The notes: generated by a model not told the origin, from the letters alone. 64,000 nt of DNA from Octopus bimaculoides (GCF_001194135.2 NC_068981.1:155181506-155245505); one strand, 5' to 3'; counted from the first letter of the stretch, positions 12,306 to 26,491 are shown. Numbers and translations: made by a program.

Positions 12306-15300
12306 TTTATAGGATTTTTATTTTTTGTTTGTTTTTTGAACAACCAATACTATACCATTTTTAGAAACAGTCAAAACAAGCAGCAACATTGAGGTTAGTT
12401 AATAAGATAGAATTTATTGTTCTATTTTGACAAATCTTTAAGTAATACATTACCACCTTGTAACTATAAAGATATATTAAGCAATTACTGAAGCAATTAT
12501 TGCTCCACAATATCAGATGCAACTCAAAGCCAACCCTCTTCTAATTATTAATGTACACGCTATTTTTTTCAGAAGATTATGGTAAACGAAAAAGTCATTT
12601 TGAATGACATAGCAGCAAAAACATTTGCAATAAACATTTCTACAAAATACATTTCAATATCTATTGAACAAAAAAGAATGTCAGAATTGATAGCTATGTC
12701 ATTTTTATAAAATTGTTAATTTTCTTCGTACAAAAATGTTGAGCTAACATTTATATCTAAGCTAGTTTATCAGACTGGACAAAAGAGTATCTGAAGAAAT
12801 ATTTTCAAAATACAAATACTTGATAACATGAGATGAAGAGATTTATTTATCTTTTTTAAAGTTTCATGTGATTTTGGTGAAGGGAAAGATATTTGAAACA
12901 TAGCTGAAATATAATTAAGAAAAAAACATGTTCAATATTTGCCCGCCCACTAATCTATTACTGATAAAGGATCTTGGTAAATTTCTTCATACCACTTGAA
13001 GTTTTCCAAATTTTCACAAGATCCAATAAATACTATCTTAATTAAAGTTTCTCAATCAAATAACAGAAACTGTAAGAAAACGTGGGACTTTCATCCCATT
13101 TACAAAATACACCACACAAACATGTGCGTATGCACACACAGAAACATATACGTACACATACAAATAAATACACACATACACACACTATACATAAGCATTA
13201 AATTGTTCATTCAGTTTTTTTTAGTGTAAGGTGATGGCAAAATATAGTTTTTTTGAGCTAATTTTTAAAACACCAGTACTATCAGAAAGTGTAAAGCACA
13301 AGCACTCTTGAAGAAAAAGAAATCAGGAAAAAAAATGATCAGAAACAACTTTAAAAAACAAATTTTTAAACTTCTCCATAAACATTAAACATACATACAA
13401 AAATATAAATTTGTAAAAACATTCAAATGCTGTATTTAGTTTTGCTTTACGTTCATTTTTAACTCACACTAAAATGTGGTTCATTAAAGTCAAACTTGAA
13501 AACAAAACCTGACCATAAATTGTTATTACATCACCTTTGGCTTTATTTTAGTCTAACCTTTGGTATATTGATTGAGCCCCTCCCTAATCAATCCTGTGAT
13601 TATTTTTAAAACGCAAGTGATTAAGTATCAAACACTTTTCTTTAATCAATATAAGTTGATATTAACACATTGTTGCATCATGAAATCCTGCTTTGAGATA
13701 AACTAAATATACAAAACTTAAACTTATCTAAAAAGTAGAAAAGATTGACAATTTTGCAAATACATTTACATAATCTAGCTTCTTGATAGTTCTTATTTTT
13801 TTAGCGTACATTTGACCGTATGAAACTACTCGATTCAGAGACACAATGTCAATGACCAGGCTTGAAGTTTCTAGTCATCCACCTTTCATAACAGTTTAGC
13901 TAACCCATAATATCTGACGACCAAGTAAATACAGCTTGAACTCTTCTATTCATATTTGTACTGCTGTTTCTTTATTCAGCCTATTGATTCAATTCTATAA
14001 CAAGTTTCTGCTCTCGTGGAGATTGATTACAGTAGATTCATCCATAGATCGAATATCAGTGCCGCTTTAATATCTTCCTCCCATGCCTACCGCTTGCGCT
14101 GAAAATAACGTGATAGCTTTTAACAAATTTGATAATCAGGTCAGATTAGGCTGACTCAGGTGTCTCCTCAACATGCTGACATTCGCCAATTATACAAGAT
14201 ACATACTGGATGCTGCATACTGAACGGTCTTCGTAATAATAATAAAATAAAAAATAAGATAATAGTATAATTTTTTTTAATCTCTACGAATGAAATTTCA
14301 TGAAAATACACTTTGATAATGATTTGTTCTTATTTAATTTCTTAGTAACGAGATCTAATGAAACGTCTCTAGTTCTGCATAATTTAAAATGTTCATTTCG
14401 GGAACATTCTTGGTGTTTCGTTGAGAGACTTAAAAGAATCGTCTAAGTCTAGAGAACCTGTGAACACCATTATCTTTACATCATTAACATCTCTAGAATC
14501 TAGATATTTGTAACAATGTTAAGTTACTATTGAATAAATTAAAATAATGTTCTTCCACATCAAAGTATTCTTAAAACTCCACGACGGCCATCATGAGATT
14601 AATTCTCTACTTGAAATAATAGCATCTGCAAGCAAAATCTTCGTGTGTCTGCGGTGGGGAACAGAATATCATGTAATTTAAATCCATGAGAAAATCTTAA
14701 AATGCAGATTTGGGGTGGGGGGAGGGTATATTTGTTTTTGTTTTTGGTTTTTTTAAATAAATCAAATAGGATTTAATTAGGACTCATATCAACCGGAATA
14801 ATAGCTGGGGTTGGTTGGCGATATAATAAAAAAAAATTTTTTAAAGACATTAAAACTAGAAAATGAACATGAATTAATAAAAAGGCAAGCTTCCGCATAC
14901 ACTTCCGACTTGTGACATGCAAGTTTCCTAATGAGATCCTCTTGATCATCATGAACAGCTCATAGGTAAAGAGGGAGTCAGGAAGTCAAGAGTAGCTAGC
15001 AGAGCGAGATAACTAAATGTATATTAGAACAGATCCCCTATAAACAAGTCATTCATTAAGTATTAATGCATTATCAAGATGATGCGCTTACTTCTTGCTC
15101 GTCACAAAAAAAAAAAAAAAAAAGAGTAACAATCGTCGATTATTTTATTAAAGAGTGAAATGCTCAACCAAATGAATGAAATCTACATAAACTATGAAAT
15201 TTATTGAATCCCCATACAACATGAATATCTTAGCATACAGTGATTTTTCAAAAATAATTAGTGGTTATATTCCATCTCAAAAATTTAAGTTGCTCACTTC

Positions 15301-17355
15301 AAAGAAAACTATCCTTGACAAATCTATCGAAAAAGTAAATAAGATAAAAAAAAAAATTTTTTTAAACTAATGATCTGAAACTAAAGACTTGTAAAGAAAC
15401 TTCAACTGTTTTAGTGAGCTTTCTTAACACAAAAAGAGAGCATCTCCAGGGGGGAAATATACACCCATTATCAACAGAAGACTCAAAAGCTACTATAAAA
15501 GTAAATAGCATTTCTTTGGAAAAAAAAGAAAAAAAAAGAAAAAGGTGGGGTGAAATCGCTTATTGACTTCCTATACATTGACAATCCATGTTTAGAGCGA
15601 AAGAAAGAAAACGAGAAAGTAAACAAGATATAGCCTTTGACATAAGCAAAGAATTGAGTAAGCTGTTCATGTGTTTGGCTGTGACGACAAACAAAAACGG
15701 AAAACATAGTTTATTGTATACATAAAGCAGCTAAATTCTAGAAGTATCGAATTAAATCGAAACGAATTAAGTGCAATACAGCCAATTTTTGTTTTTTTTT
15801 AAAGAATTCATTTTGGATCAATTTAAGTTGAGAAATAAGTCCCAAAAATTAGCTTCACGTGGGTTAAGGGGTTAATTTTTATGTCGCTGAATTAAATATA
15901 AGTCTTGGATGTGAAAGGCAAGGACCTATCATGAAGTAGAGATGGATCATAGAGCAAATCAATCATAGGTAAAATATAAAACCATTATATATATATATAT
16001 AATGGAGAGAGAGAGAGAGAGAGATGAACCATATTTGCATGCCTTATGCCAGCTCAGGAATATAAATATACACATACAGTCAAAAGATTTTCTATCTCTA
16101 AAGGTATGCAAATAAAATGGTTCACCTATTAACTGGTTAAGTTACGCTTTTAATAAAACTTGTGGTTTCATTTCGAAATAACGAAAATATGGTGGGGTTG
16201 AGACAAATTCAGGCTCGTCTTCAAATAAATATCTATTAACTACAATGTAAAAGTCATTACGACATTCGCATCTAAGTTAAAAGTCAATGACATCAGAGTT
16301 ATTTTCCATTAAAAAAAAAAATCGAAACCTGTGTTTCAGAACATATCTAATTTTTGCCACACAAAATGAAGAGAATTTCTTCATGTTGTAAATGTAAATA
16401 GGATCGTCTTGTTTGCATCCGTCTATGAGTAGCGACATTAAACAATGTGAAACTATGTCATTTACATGAGAAAGAAACAACGATATTGGAAAGCAAGCAT
16501 TAAGAATCTAGACTTCTTTTCCACAACAGCAAATATCAACAATAAGCAGTTCGCCTATGTGACTACATGAAAAAATGTGACACAGCAGCGAGCGAGAGAC
16601 AGAGTGAGAGAGAGAGAGATAAAGTAAGAATGATTTCAAGTTTATATAGCAACTATATGATCTAGTAAGTGTAAATTACCATTAATTTGGACTAGCTCTA
16701 CTACACTAGCTCCCTATCTCAACATAGTCGTGTTTAGTTGATGGAATTGAGAGAAATAACAGCTTACTTTACAACCATAAATAACTGTTCTCCACAGTTG
16801 GCTCTGCCATTACTATAAACATACACATAAATGTGCATATGTATACACGTACATACGCGATCTTTTTATAACTCGACTGTCTGAGACAGGTTGGCCTACA
16901 TTTACTGTCGGGGTCCACTGATCCGAATATGCTTAAGCTGTTTCAATTCACTACACACAACATATTCTCCCAGAAACGTGATATTATATGGACGATTTAT
17001 TTCAGTCTGAAATTATTAAATACGCCGATCCTACCCTATTAAACTTAACTTTAATCGAAATAAAGAAATACTTCTGGGAAAACGGTAAATATTTTGTTCG
17101 CTGAATGAAAAATAGGAAGGAATATATTAAATATCTCGTAACTGCTTAAAAGAAACTTTGAAGAATATCCTTTATTACCGTTCACATTTTCACATTCAGG
17201 TGTAGCAATTTATTGGGGTGTTATTAATATGGAAATGGAAATTGGCAGAGAATAGTGAAGCCAGTAGAATGAACGTGAAGCCGCAAATATCCAATAATTA
17301 CCAGGCCGAAGACCTAATTCTAGCAAAAGAAGAGGGCGGATGGATGGATGGATGG

Positions 17356-17386
<31 letters not shown>

Positions 17387-17599
17387 CATACATACATATA
17401 AACAGCGGCTAAGAGTTAAAAGATATTAGTCCTTAGATTAAAAAAGGGAATTCCATAAACATCTATAAAAGTTCAGCGAGATATCACACTAGATCGACGC
17501 AATGGATCGTGCATGTAGTATCAGTTATGTGTTATCTCTGAATAATATATAGCAAACACACATCTCTAGAAATAATACAGAGGCAGACAACACAAAGAT

Positions 17600-18500
17600 G
17601 TTTACTTTTACAAGTAATATTGGGTTAGCAGAACACACGTGCCGAGAACACTTTATTTTGAAATGGTTTAAATAGAAGATGAGATGATGGCGGCTACGAG
17701 GTAGTCGACCCGACAATGCAATGTACACACATACATTTCATAACTGAATAAACAGAATTCGGATAGGATTATGCTATTAAGATGTGATAAACGTCATAAA
17801 ATTTTATTATTATTAATAGTTACTAATTATAACTGCTTATAAACATTATATTCCACGTGTTTTACTGAGGCAACATTGAATGTAGGGGTAAGCTGTGATA
17901 TATGTTATTATACTCCAATATCACACCACTTAACTTTGAAGCTTTATATATATAAAAAAAACTCACTGGTGAAAAGATATCAAAGGCATACATTCAGGAG
18001 GGAGAAAAAAACAATTGCTTACCTATGTCTGAAGTATCCATCTGGTCGAGAAATCGAAGCTAAGGGGAGGGGATTAAGGACTGGACAACATACATTCACA
18101 TAAACAGTAAAATAGAGAGGTCAGTGTAGGAATAATAGAGTGAAGATAGAGTAAGACATAAATAGAGAGAGAGAGAGAGAGAGAGAGAGATAAAGGAAGA
18201 CAAATAAAAGAAACGCGAGAGAGCAGTAAAAGTGAAATAAAAAGCGATATATATTAGTAAAAGCCTAAACTAAAACATACATAATTATATATACTGTTGT
18301 GAAAAAAAATACTATTTTATCCAACACAACCGCTTTAATTTTACCATGTTCTCTCAGTGTCTAGTTGTAGTGGTGGTATCAGTAACGTTTCCAATGGAAG
18401 TAGCAACTACACAAGTGAGCAGGCAGCGGCCATGATAATGTGCAGGAGCACCGTCAACTTTCGTCAAAATACGGAGCTTTCAAATCTACGGATGATCAGA
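17600..18500 (-). promoter_or_regulatory. Likely RXR main promoter / 5' UTR region
   Basis: Surrounds the first coding exon; many CpGs against a CpG-poor background; CT-rich leader on the sense strand; YY1-like motifs GATGGCGGC (17686-17694) and GCGGCCATGAT (18426-18436). TSS not determinable from sequence. Confidence 0.5.
18023..18041 (-). CDS. RXR: RXR first coding exon (MDTSDI + G of the Asp codon)
   Basis: Minus strand ATG GAT ACT TCA GAC ATA G|GTAAGC: a strong phase-1 donor that joins the exon at 2373 to give MDTSDIDTLDSS. This parallels the MDxSEMDTL-type N-termini of other molluscan RXRs (recalled, not searched). It lies in the CpG-retaining zone. Confidence 0.78.
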
Positions 18501-21500
18501 CATGAACAAAAATTCGCAACTAACATCAAGGAAACAAATATTTTGAAAATAATAATTGCATTAAATAATTAGATAGAAAAAAAAAATCCAAGTTAAATGT
18601 TATGATTTTTTTTTTGTAAGCTTGCATTAAATTTTTTTTTAAAAGTTACATAACTTACCAGGGTTTCTATAGTGTCCAAATGGTAAATGAGCCATTTAGT
18701 TTTTCCTAACGGCGATGTTCATATAGGAAGATGATCTAGAGAAATTTATAGTACTATAAGTCATCCGTCAACAAGATAAGCATGCCGTAAGGCTATCATA
18801 AGAAGCAGTTGGTCTCTAGGAAACGCGGTAAAAAGTGTTGGGTGAAGAGTTCAAGGTTTGGGGAAGGTTGATGTATTAAAAAAAAAAAAAAAGCCACAAT
18901 GATTGAGAGTCAATACTTCATAGCATATAACTTGATAATTCAAGTATTTCTCAAAAATCGCTGAGTATCACTTACTCCTCATGAGATCAACGGAAATTTT
19001 AAAAAATATTAAAAGTCTGATTTGTTTAAAAATGTTTTTTTTTTTCTTTCAATTATTAATTTTATATATATACAAATATATATATACAAAATAAAGTACT
19101 CTAAACAATTTAATACACGTGAATATTAGCAACTCTTCTACAAGTGGCTTCAGTAATCACGGACGAAAGGTGAATAGTCAATGTAATTTCCACCATTATC
19201 TCTGTAAGAAGATTATAAACTCCTCAGAATAGTTCTAATAACTTTTTTTTTTCAAGCATGTGTAGATTGATGAAAACAAAAAGAGTTTGAATGGATTTTT
19301 TTGTTTTTCATAAGTAGTTTGTTTCCAATAAAAAAATAAAAACTTAATCAATAGTTGCTTCTCTGTTCCTCATTAATAAGTTGTTAGATGATGAACTAAG
19401 TAATCAAGGTCGTATGTAACAGAACCATAGAAACAGAAGCAGTGTTTTACCACCTACTTGATGCGGCCATTCAGCAATAATGAGAAAACCTTAAGTAAAC
19501 CACAGCTTGTCTCTTATTACTGACGAAAGCACTCTTCCTAACCCTCCTCCACTGACCCCCTCCCTCTCACTTGCGTGCCCGCTCTCACTCTCTCCTTCCC
19601 TCTCTTTCTCTTTCTCTCTCTCTCTTCATAGCTCCACTTCCTCTAAATTTTCGTTCTACTTTTCTGCTTATTTTTATTTAAATTTGTTTCCTTTTTCTTT
19701 CATCTCTACTTTTCAGTTTCTTTACTCTTTCGCTCTAATTCATTTTTTTTCTTCCCTCTTTATCTCTAACTTTCTTTCGTAGCTCAAACTCGCCTCTCTT
19801 TTAAAAAAAAGTATCTTCTTTTTTATTAAAACTAATTGTTTTTCTCTTTCAAATTTCATCTTCACATCTATCTCTCTCTTTAATAACATTCTATCCATTT
19901 TGTTCGCCAACTATCCCAATCCTAATCACTATCCACCTCTCTATTCAAATTCTAAGTTTTCTTGTCCGTCACTCTCCCTCTTCCTCTAAATACTTTATTT
20001 CTATTTTAGTAATAATTTTTTTCTCTCAGATAAAATAACTTTCCGCTCTATTACCTCTCTCTAGTACTAATTTTTTTTAATTACTTACAAAAAAATAAAG
20101 AGAAAATAATAATTCCCTTCCTCCTGTGGCTGCCACCTTTTTTCAGCACTTTTCGTCTCCATTATAGACTTTACTGCATCTAAGTCATACTTTATTTCTG
20201 TTTTCTTTCTTTTTTTCTTTCCGTTCCTGTTTACTTACCTACCTTTACAACAGATAAATGTACCTTCCCTATCTACCTACCTACTTACCTCACACTGCTC
20301 TCTGTGTCCCTTCTCTTTTCCTCCCCCACCTCTGAATCACTATTTTTTTAATGTTAGAATTATATACTTTAAACTGAATGGTTTTTAACTAATCCGAAAA
20401 CCGTATTTATCATAATTATCGAAACTACCATCATCATCACACTCTTGGCATTTATACAACGCCAGACTAGTGACTAAGGGTTCGGTGATAGTTTCTAAGG
20501 GAATCGAGACTGCTCGCCGGTTTCGGTTCTACAGTGCAAGCACTATATTTATATGTCTCTATCGATATTCCCCCATGGTATAACGTATGAACTTCATTGT
20601 ATATATTTATGTTCCCTATTATCAGACATCAAAGCATACTCACACACACACATACACACGCGCGCGCACATATCAACAGGTTTGGAATTTCTCCCCTCCC
20701 CCCCCCCTTTTTTTTAAAGTATTTAATTTGAAGCTAAATTTACAAAATGTCCTAATTACTTGCAATACTTGGCAAGCAGAAAACTGCATATTAGTTTTTG
20801 ATTCCCAAGTGAAATGGTAATATAATACAGCCTACCTCTATGATAACTCCAGTGCCTTTGAGAAAAGTAATTTTAAACGTCATCACCATTTAATAATTTT
20901 CTTCCCTTATAACACGATGTCTTAGTGCTTGTGAAAGAAAATCATTTCAGCCTTGTTAACTGTTACAATGATAGTTTTGATAAAGTTTCTATATATTAAC
21001 AGGAAAATAATATTCCATTGAATCTATTCTGTTACAGTTGGTAGCTTATCAACATAATGACGAGTGAATGACTAAATTTATCTTATCAAGACTTTAATTC
21101 AGAATGCAAAGGAACAAGAAAATATAATATTGGAGAGCATTTTGCCTGACCGTCGATTATCATCTACTTCAGCACCCAACTAATTTTGATAATGGGGGGA
21201 AATATTGTAAGTTTTGTGGATCAAAAGAGTTATATCCCATCAAATGGGAGACTGAAACCCATAAAATAGGGAGTTCACTTACTACAAGGAGTGTTAATTC
21301 TAATGTTTTGGCCTTTATCCTTCATCTCAGACAAAAAAGGCAAGAATGGCCCTTTCTTATTGATTAATTGTTGTTGACACAGACCAACAACAGTTTCCTT
21401 GAATCAGCAGAGTAGCAAGGGTTCTCAGTGTATGGTGACAAAGACAGTTTAGGCACCTTCACTTTAATTAACAGTCATAATAGACCAGATGAAATTTTGT

Positions 21501-22659
21501 ACCTCTTCATTCCTACAATTGTACTCTCTCCTTTCCCCACCCTCTTGCTGCACTTGTGCTGCACGTCTGGATTTATCCCTTCAAAACAAGTTCATAAACC
21601 AGTGTCAACTGTTTGTTGCATGTTATTTCATTTCTCGAAATAAATACATTTATAAATGTTATAACTTCCCACTTCCTGTTCTTTTAATATAGAATTTTTG
21701 AACTTAGCAAAAAGGAACTGGTATGATGAAACTGTTATTCTTTTATAAGATTCATCATCAGTCTCATGACATCTTTTAAAAAAATAAAAATAGTTATCAT
21801 AGAATTTTTGAAATAAACATTGTAACTACAAGAAGCAGAATTATTTTGCAGTTGAGTACATAATAGACTTGGGAAAGAATGGGTGCAAGTGTATCCCCTA
21901 AAATTATGCGGGAAGTAGTGGGAGGCAACGAAAGCACTTTGAACATCCTGAGTTGGACCTGGATTTGCACCCGCTAAGCAAATTTTGTTCCTGCCCTTAT
22001 GGCTGAGTATCAGGTTAAATTGTTCTACAACATTTGAAAGCAATTATATGACTTAGTATCCAAAGGTTAAAAGCATCTATCCATCAGAAAAGATGGCCTG
22101 ACAGAGGGAAAGCATTTTACAATCGATAGTAAATAAAAGGACTCTCCACCACTTTTGACTAGTAGTACCTCAGTTGTTTGATCAACTGAACTACCTGCTC
22201 ATTGTATTAATATGTAACTGGCTGAGTATTCCACAGACACATGCACCCTTAATGCCATCTTTGGATAGAATGAGTATAACAAGACTGTCTTTTAATTATG
22301 GATACAGTGCATTCTACCCAGTCTAACCCAAATGTCTTGGGTTGACCTGTGGCTATGGAAGAAGCATTATCGTAAGTTTACATGCTGTGAGATCAAACCA
22401 AAAGCATCAAGATTGCAATATAAGCTTCTAAACCACTCAACTACACCTGCACCAAAATTATATATTATTTCAAAATAACATGATGATCACAGAATATTAT
22501 CAGATATAATGACATATAGTCCTGTACAATGTCTATTGGAAGGTCTGAATTTGTATCAGTATTTTAACCTGTTAATCACTGTCACTACTGGTTGAGTATC
22601 TCTTATTTTTTGATGATTTAACCCTTTTTCTCATATTCATGATTGTCATTTTTACATTA

Positions 22660-23230
22660 ATATTTTACTTGATTCAGTCATTAGACTATGGCCATATTTG
22701 GGTACTGCCATGAAGAATTATTTTCTAGTTGAGTGAATTGCTCCCCACAAGTTCTTATTTTTTCTTTAAGCCTGCTACTTATTCTATTGGTCTCTTTTGC
22801 TCAACCAATAAGTAACGGAAATGCGAACATACCAATACTGGTTGTCAAGCAGTGGTGTGGAACAAACACAAACACAAACACACACACATCATCATCATCA
22901 TCATCATTTAATGTCCACTTTCCAGGTTCACATGGGTTACATGGTCAAACTGGAAGTGGTAAGCCGGAGAGCTGCACCAAGTTTTGGTTTGATTTGGCAT
23001 GGTTTCTATGGCCAGATTCCCTTCCTAATACCAACCACTCCAAGAGTGTAATATAAATATATATAATGAACTTTTTTTAGTTTCTGTCAACCAAATTCCA
23101 CTCAAAAGGCTTTGGTCAGCCTGAGGCTATAGTAGAAGACATTTGCTTGAGGTGTCATGCAGCGGGACTGAACTTGGGACCATGTGGTTGGGAGGCAAAC
23201 TTCTCATCACACAACCGTGACTCTGCCTAT
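22660..23230 (-). mobile_element. SINE family A interrupted by a family C element (22888-23050)
   Basis: Tail at 22660-22870, head at 23075-23230. Confidence 0.6.
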
Positions 23231-24867
23231 CTATCCATGTATTTTAATGAATTTTAAAATAACCATGAATTTGGATGGATTTTGTAAAAAGAGTAACTTT
23301 TTTTAGTAAGCTGATATTTGAACGATAACAAAAGGCTCTCCAGAAGATTTCAATTAAAAGACTGATCTCAAGTCACTGAGCCATATGAAAGAGATGCCTA
23401 AGAACTGAGATATTTGGTGCATTGCTGTGCTCTAAAATACTTGCCTGCCACAGCAGAATTGATACTGATGCTGGTGCCATATAAAAAGCACTCATGTTGG
23501 TTCCACGTTCAAAGCACTGGTGCTGGTGCCACGTAAAAAGCATCCAGTACATTCTGTAGTGTGGCTGGAAGGATATCCAGCTGTAGAAATCATGCCGAAC
23601 TGACAATATAGCTTGGTGCAACCAACTATGGTCAAACTGTCCAACATATGCCAACATGGAACACAGATGTTAAATAATGATGATGATGAGGAGGAGGATG
23701 ATGATAATGATGATGAGAATGATGATGAAGATGATGATGATGATGATGAATGATTATGATAAATTCCACTCACAAGATATTTGTTAATTTGAGACTATGG
23801 TAGAAGATCTTTGCTCAAATCACTGCACAGTGAGTTCAACCCCCAGATCCATGTGACTAACAGGTGAACTTCTTAACCACGCAATCATTATTGTACCACC
23901 TCTTTTCAACTTATTGGAAATTTTAGTGATTTCATCAATATATTTGATCATAAAGTCATAGGTTTAAATCCTGGTGCAAGACATGCCTTTTGTTTTAGGG
24001 AAAAGTATTTTACTTTAAATTCTTCCAGTTTACTCAGCAAAAATGGTTAAGACTGAGAGAATGCTCAGTTAGCCTGACGTTAGCATAGAAGTGTTAATAA
24101 GTTAGTGCTGCAACTAAAAACTTTCTGACATGAAGAGAGATACATCAAACAGTGGACTTACAATGTTCTATCTTTATCCTCTATTTTAAAAGTTACATTT
24201 TGACATAAATGAGAGTGCAATTCAAAACACTGTTTTACAATAATAGATGCACACACGCACAAACACATACACACACACACACATACACACACACATTAAA
24301 CATTTATTCAAAACTGAGTCACTAATTGCTGTTTCTCATTCTTGTTCCTCAAGCAATTTACATCAGAATGAACTCATATTTATGTATCATCGTCATCATG
24401 ATCATCACTGGGAGGGTTCTGAGAGTAGAATCCTGAGACACTTCCAGAAGTAACAGTATTCAGATATTCCAGCTGAATTCCTAAACATAGCCTACTGAGA
24501 AGATGGATATCATCCAACCATTTTGTTCTTAGTCTACTCCTGAGTGTCATCAGTAGATGACCACCAACACACTCTGAATGGATTCACTACCAAGTGCTGT
24601 AAGGCAGGGATGAGAATTAGTGTTGTGAAGACTGGTACATTGGTCCTTTCCTAATGCACTCTGCATATTAGGGAAACATCATTTCCAAGAGTCAAAAACC
24701 AGAATACGAAACAGATAAAAGGTGCTCTTCAAATGAACTCCTTAGATCACTGATGTGTTTTATACCGAGTTACAGATACTGCCTCATCACTCTCACTGTC
24801 AGAAATATTGTGAACAAGTGATTGGCCAGTTGGAAACCTGTTGCCAATGACAATATTCTTTTATTCT

Positions 24868-25085
24868 TTTACTTGTTTTGGTCATTAGACTGCAGCCATG
24901 CTAGAGCAAAGCCTTGAGGAATTTTAGTCAAATGAATCAACCCCAGTACTTCTTTTTAAGCCTGGTACTTACTCAATTGGTCTCTTTTGCTGAACCATTA
25001 AGTAACAGGGACATAAACACACCAACATCGATTGTCAAGGCACTGATGGGGGACAAACACAAACACACACACCCAAATATGTATG

Positions 25086-25148
<63 letters not shown>

Positions 25149-25435
25149 CACACACACACACACACACACAAATATATATATATATAATTTAATATACACA
25201 ATACATATTTTTATATTTTTATGTGCTACTAATAGTTTCATATGTTGGGAAATACCTAGAATATATTCATCAGGCACAAACCACATATCATAACCATATG
25301 ATGGGCTTCTTTCATCTTTCATCTCACAAGGCTATATTAGATGACATTTGCCCAAGGTACCATACAGTGGGGCCAAACAGAGAACCATGTGATCAGGAAG
25401 CAAACTTCTTACCACACAGTCATACCTATGCTTAC
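24868..25435 (-). mobile_element. SINE family A with expanded (TA)n
   Basis: Tail at 24868-25060, head at 25320-25435. Confidence 0.75.
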
Positions 25436-25489
25436 TATATTGTTCACCAATTGTGACAGCGTTATCATCACTGAGATGAACTTACTTGG

Positions 25490-25810
25490 ATCTACATGAG
25501 CCTGATTCTCTACACATCTCTATCTTCCAAAGTATGTAACATTTCCTCTTGGTGACATCCAGTATCATCTGTTAACTGATTGACATATGTCTTCATATGG
25601 CAATTAATGCAATAACAACAATGGCAAGGCATTCCAACTAGGGTGTCACTAACTAGTTCTCCTTACTTCTTTAGCCATGTCTCTCAAAAGTGGACTCTTC
25701 GTTCTTTAATGGTGCTTGATACTTTAGGTAGCTTAATGTATAATTTTTCTTTGGCAGAGTGTTCTTTCCAGGATATATTCAAAATGGTATGAAGCATGCA
25801 CATGTAGATA
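25490..25810 (-). mobile_element. RTE-group LINE 3' end relic
   Basis: MLHTILNISWKEH...LYIKLPKVSSTIKERRVHF...TYVNQLTDDTGC..EEML..LEDR motif series. Confidence 0.65.
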
Positions 25811-26306
25811 CTGTCCAAGATAGTTTCAATTGCAATACAGAATAAATAAATAAAGTGCAAGATTCAAATAACCATGATTACAGGAATGCTTTTAGTATCA
25901 CAATCTGATACTAAAGAATGTTAGTTGATAGGGGAGAAATGATAAACACAAATTAAATAGAATTAGAAATAAGAGATGCAATGTGTTCATTTTCTATTTT
26001 TGCTTCCTAATAACAATTTCTGCTATTGAAAGGTTAGTCATTAATTTACTTCATAGAACACCAACATTTCCAATCTAATTAATTACTAGCCTACAAATTG
26101 TGACTATTGTGATATACAAACAAGACAAAATTCACAACAATAAAGAGATCAAATTTCTTGCTAAGATTTCAAATAGCATATGTATCATTTTAATTTATTA
26201 ATAATTGATAATACTGCAAAGCACTCAGTAGATTCTAGGTTGTGAATAGTTGCTGCTTTTGAGATGAAGTTGTGGTATGCTAATTTTCTCTCATCAGCAA
26301 TGTCTA

Positions 26307-26356
<50 letters not shown>

Positions 26357-26491
26357 NNNNNNNNNNNNNNNNNNNNNNNNNNNNNNNNNNNNNNNNNNNN
26401 NNNNNNNNNNNNNNNNNNNNNNNNNNNNNNNNNNNNNNNNNNNNNNNNNNNNNNNNNNNNNNNNNNNNNNNNNNNNNNNNNNNNNNNNNNN
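26357..26491. other. Assembly gap (135 N) after (AG)n
   Basis: Direct. Confidence 0.99.

Noticed and set aside
13914-13950. Hammerhead-like CTGACGA...GAAC
   Set aside because: GAAA core incomplete and no stem I/III pairing.
17725-17745. Alternative RXR start ATG AAA T|GTATGT
   Set aside because: Only 2 codons, weaker donor, no similarity to RXR N-termini; the exon at 18023-18041 fits far better.
18357-18572. Plus-strand 71-aa ORF at the promoter as a separate gene
   Set aside because: No recognisable domain, non-ATG start in the track, no downstream exons identified.
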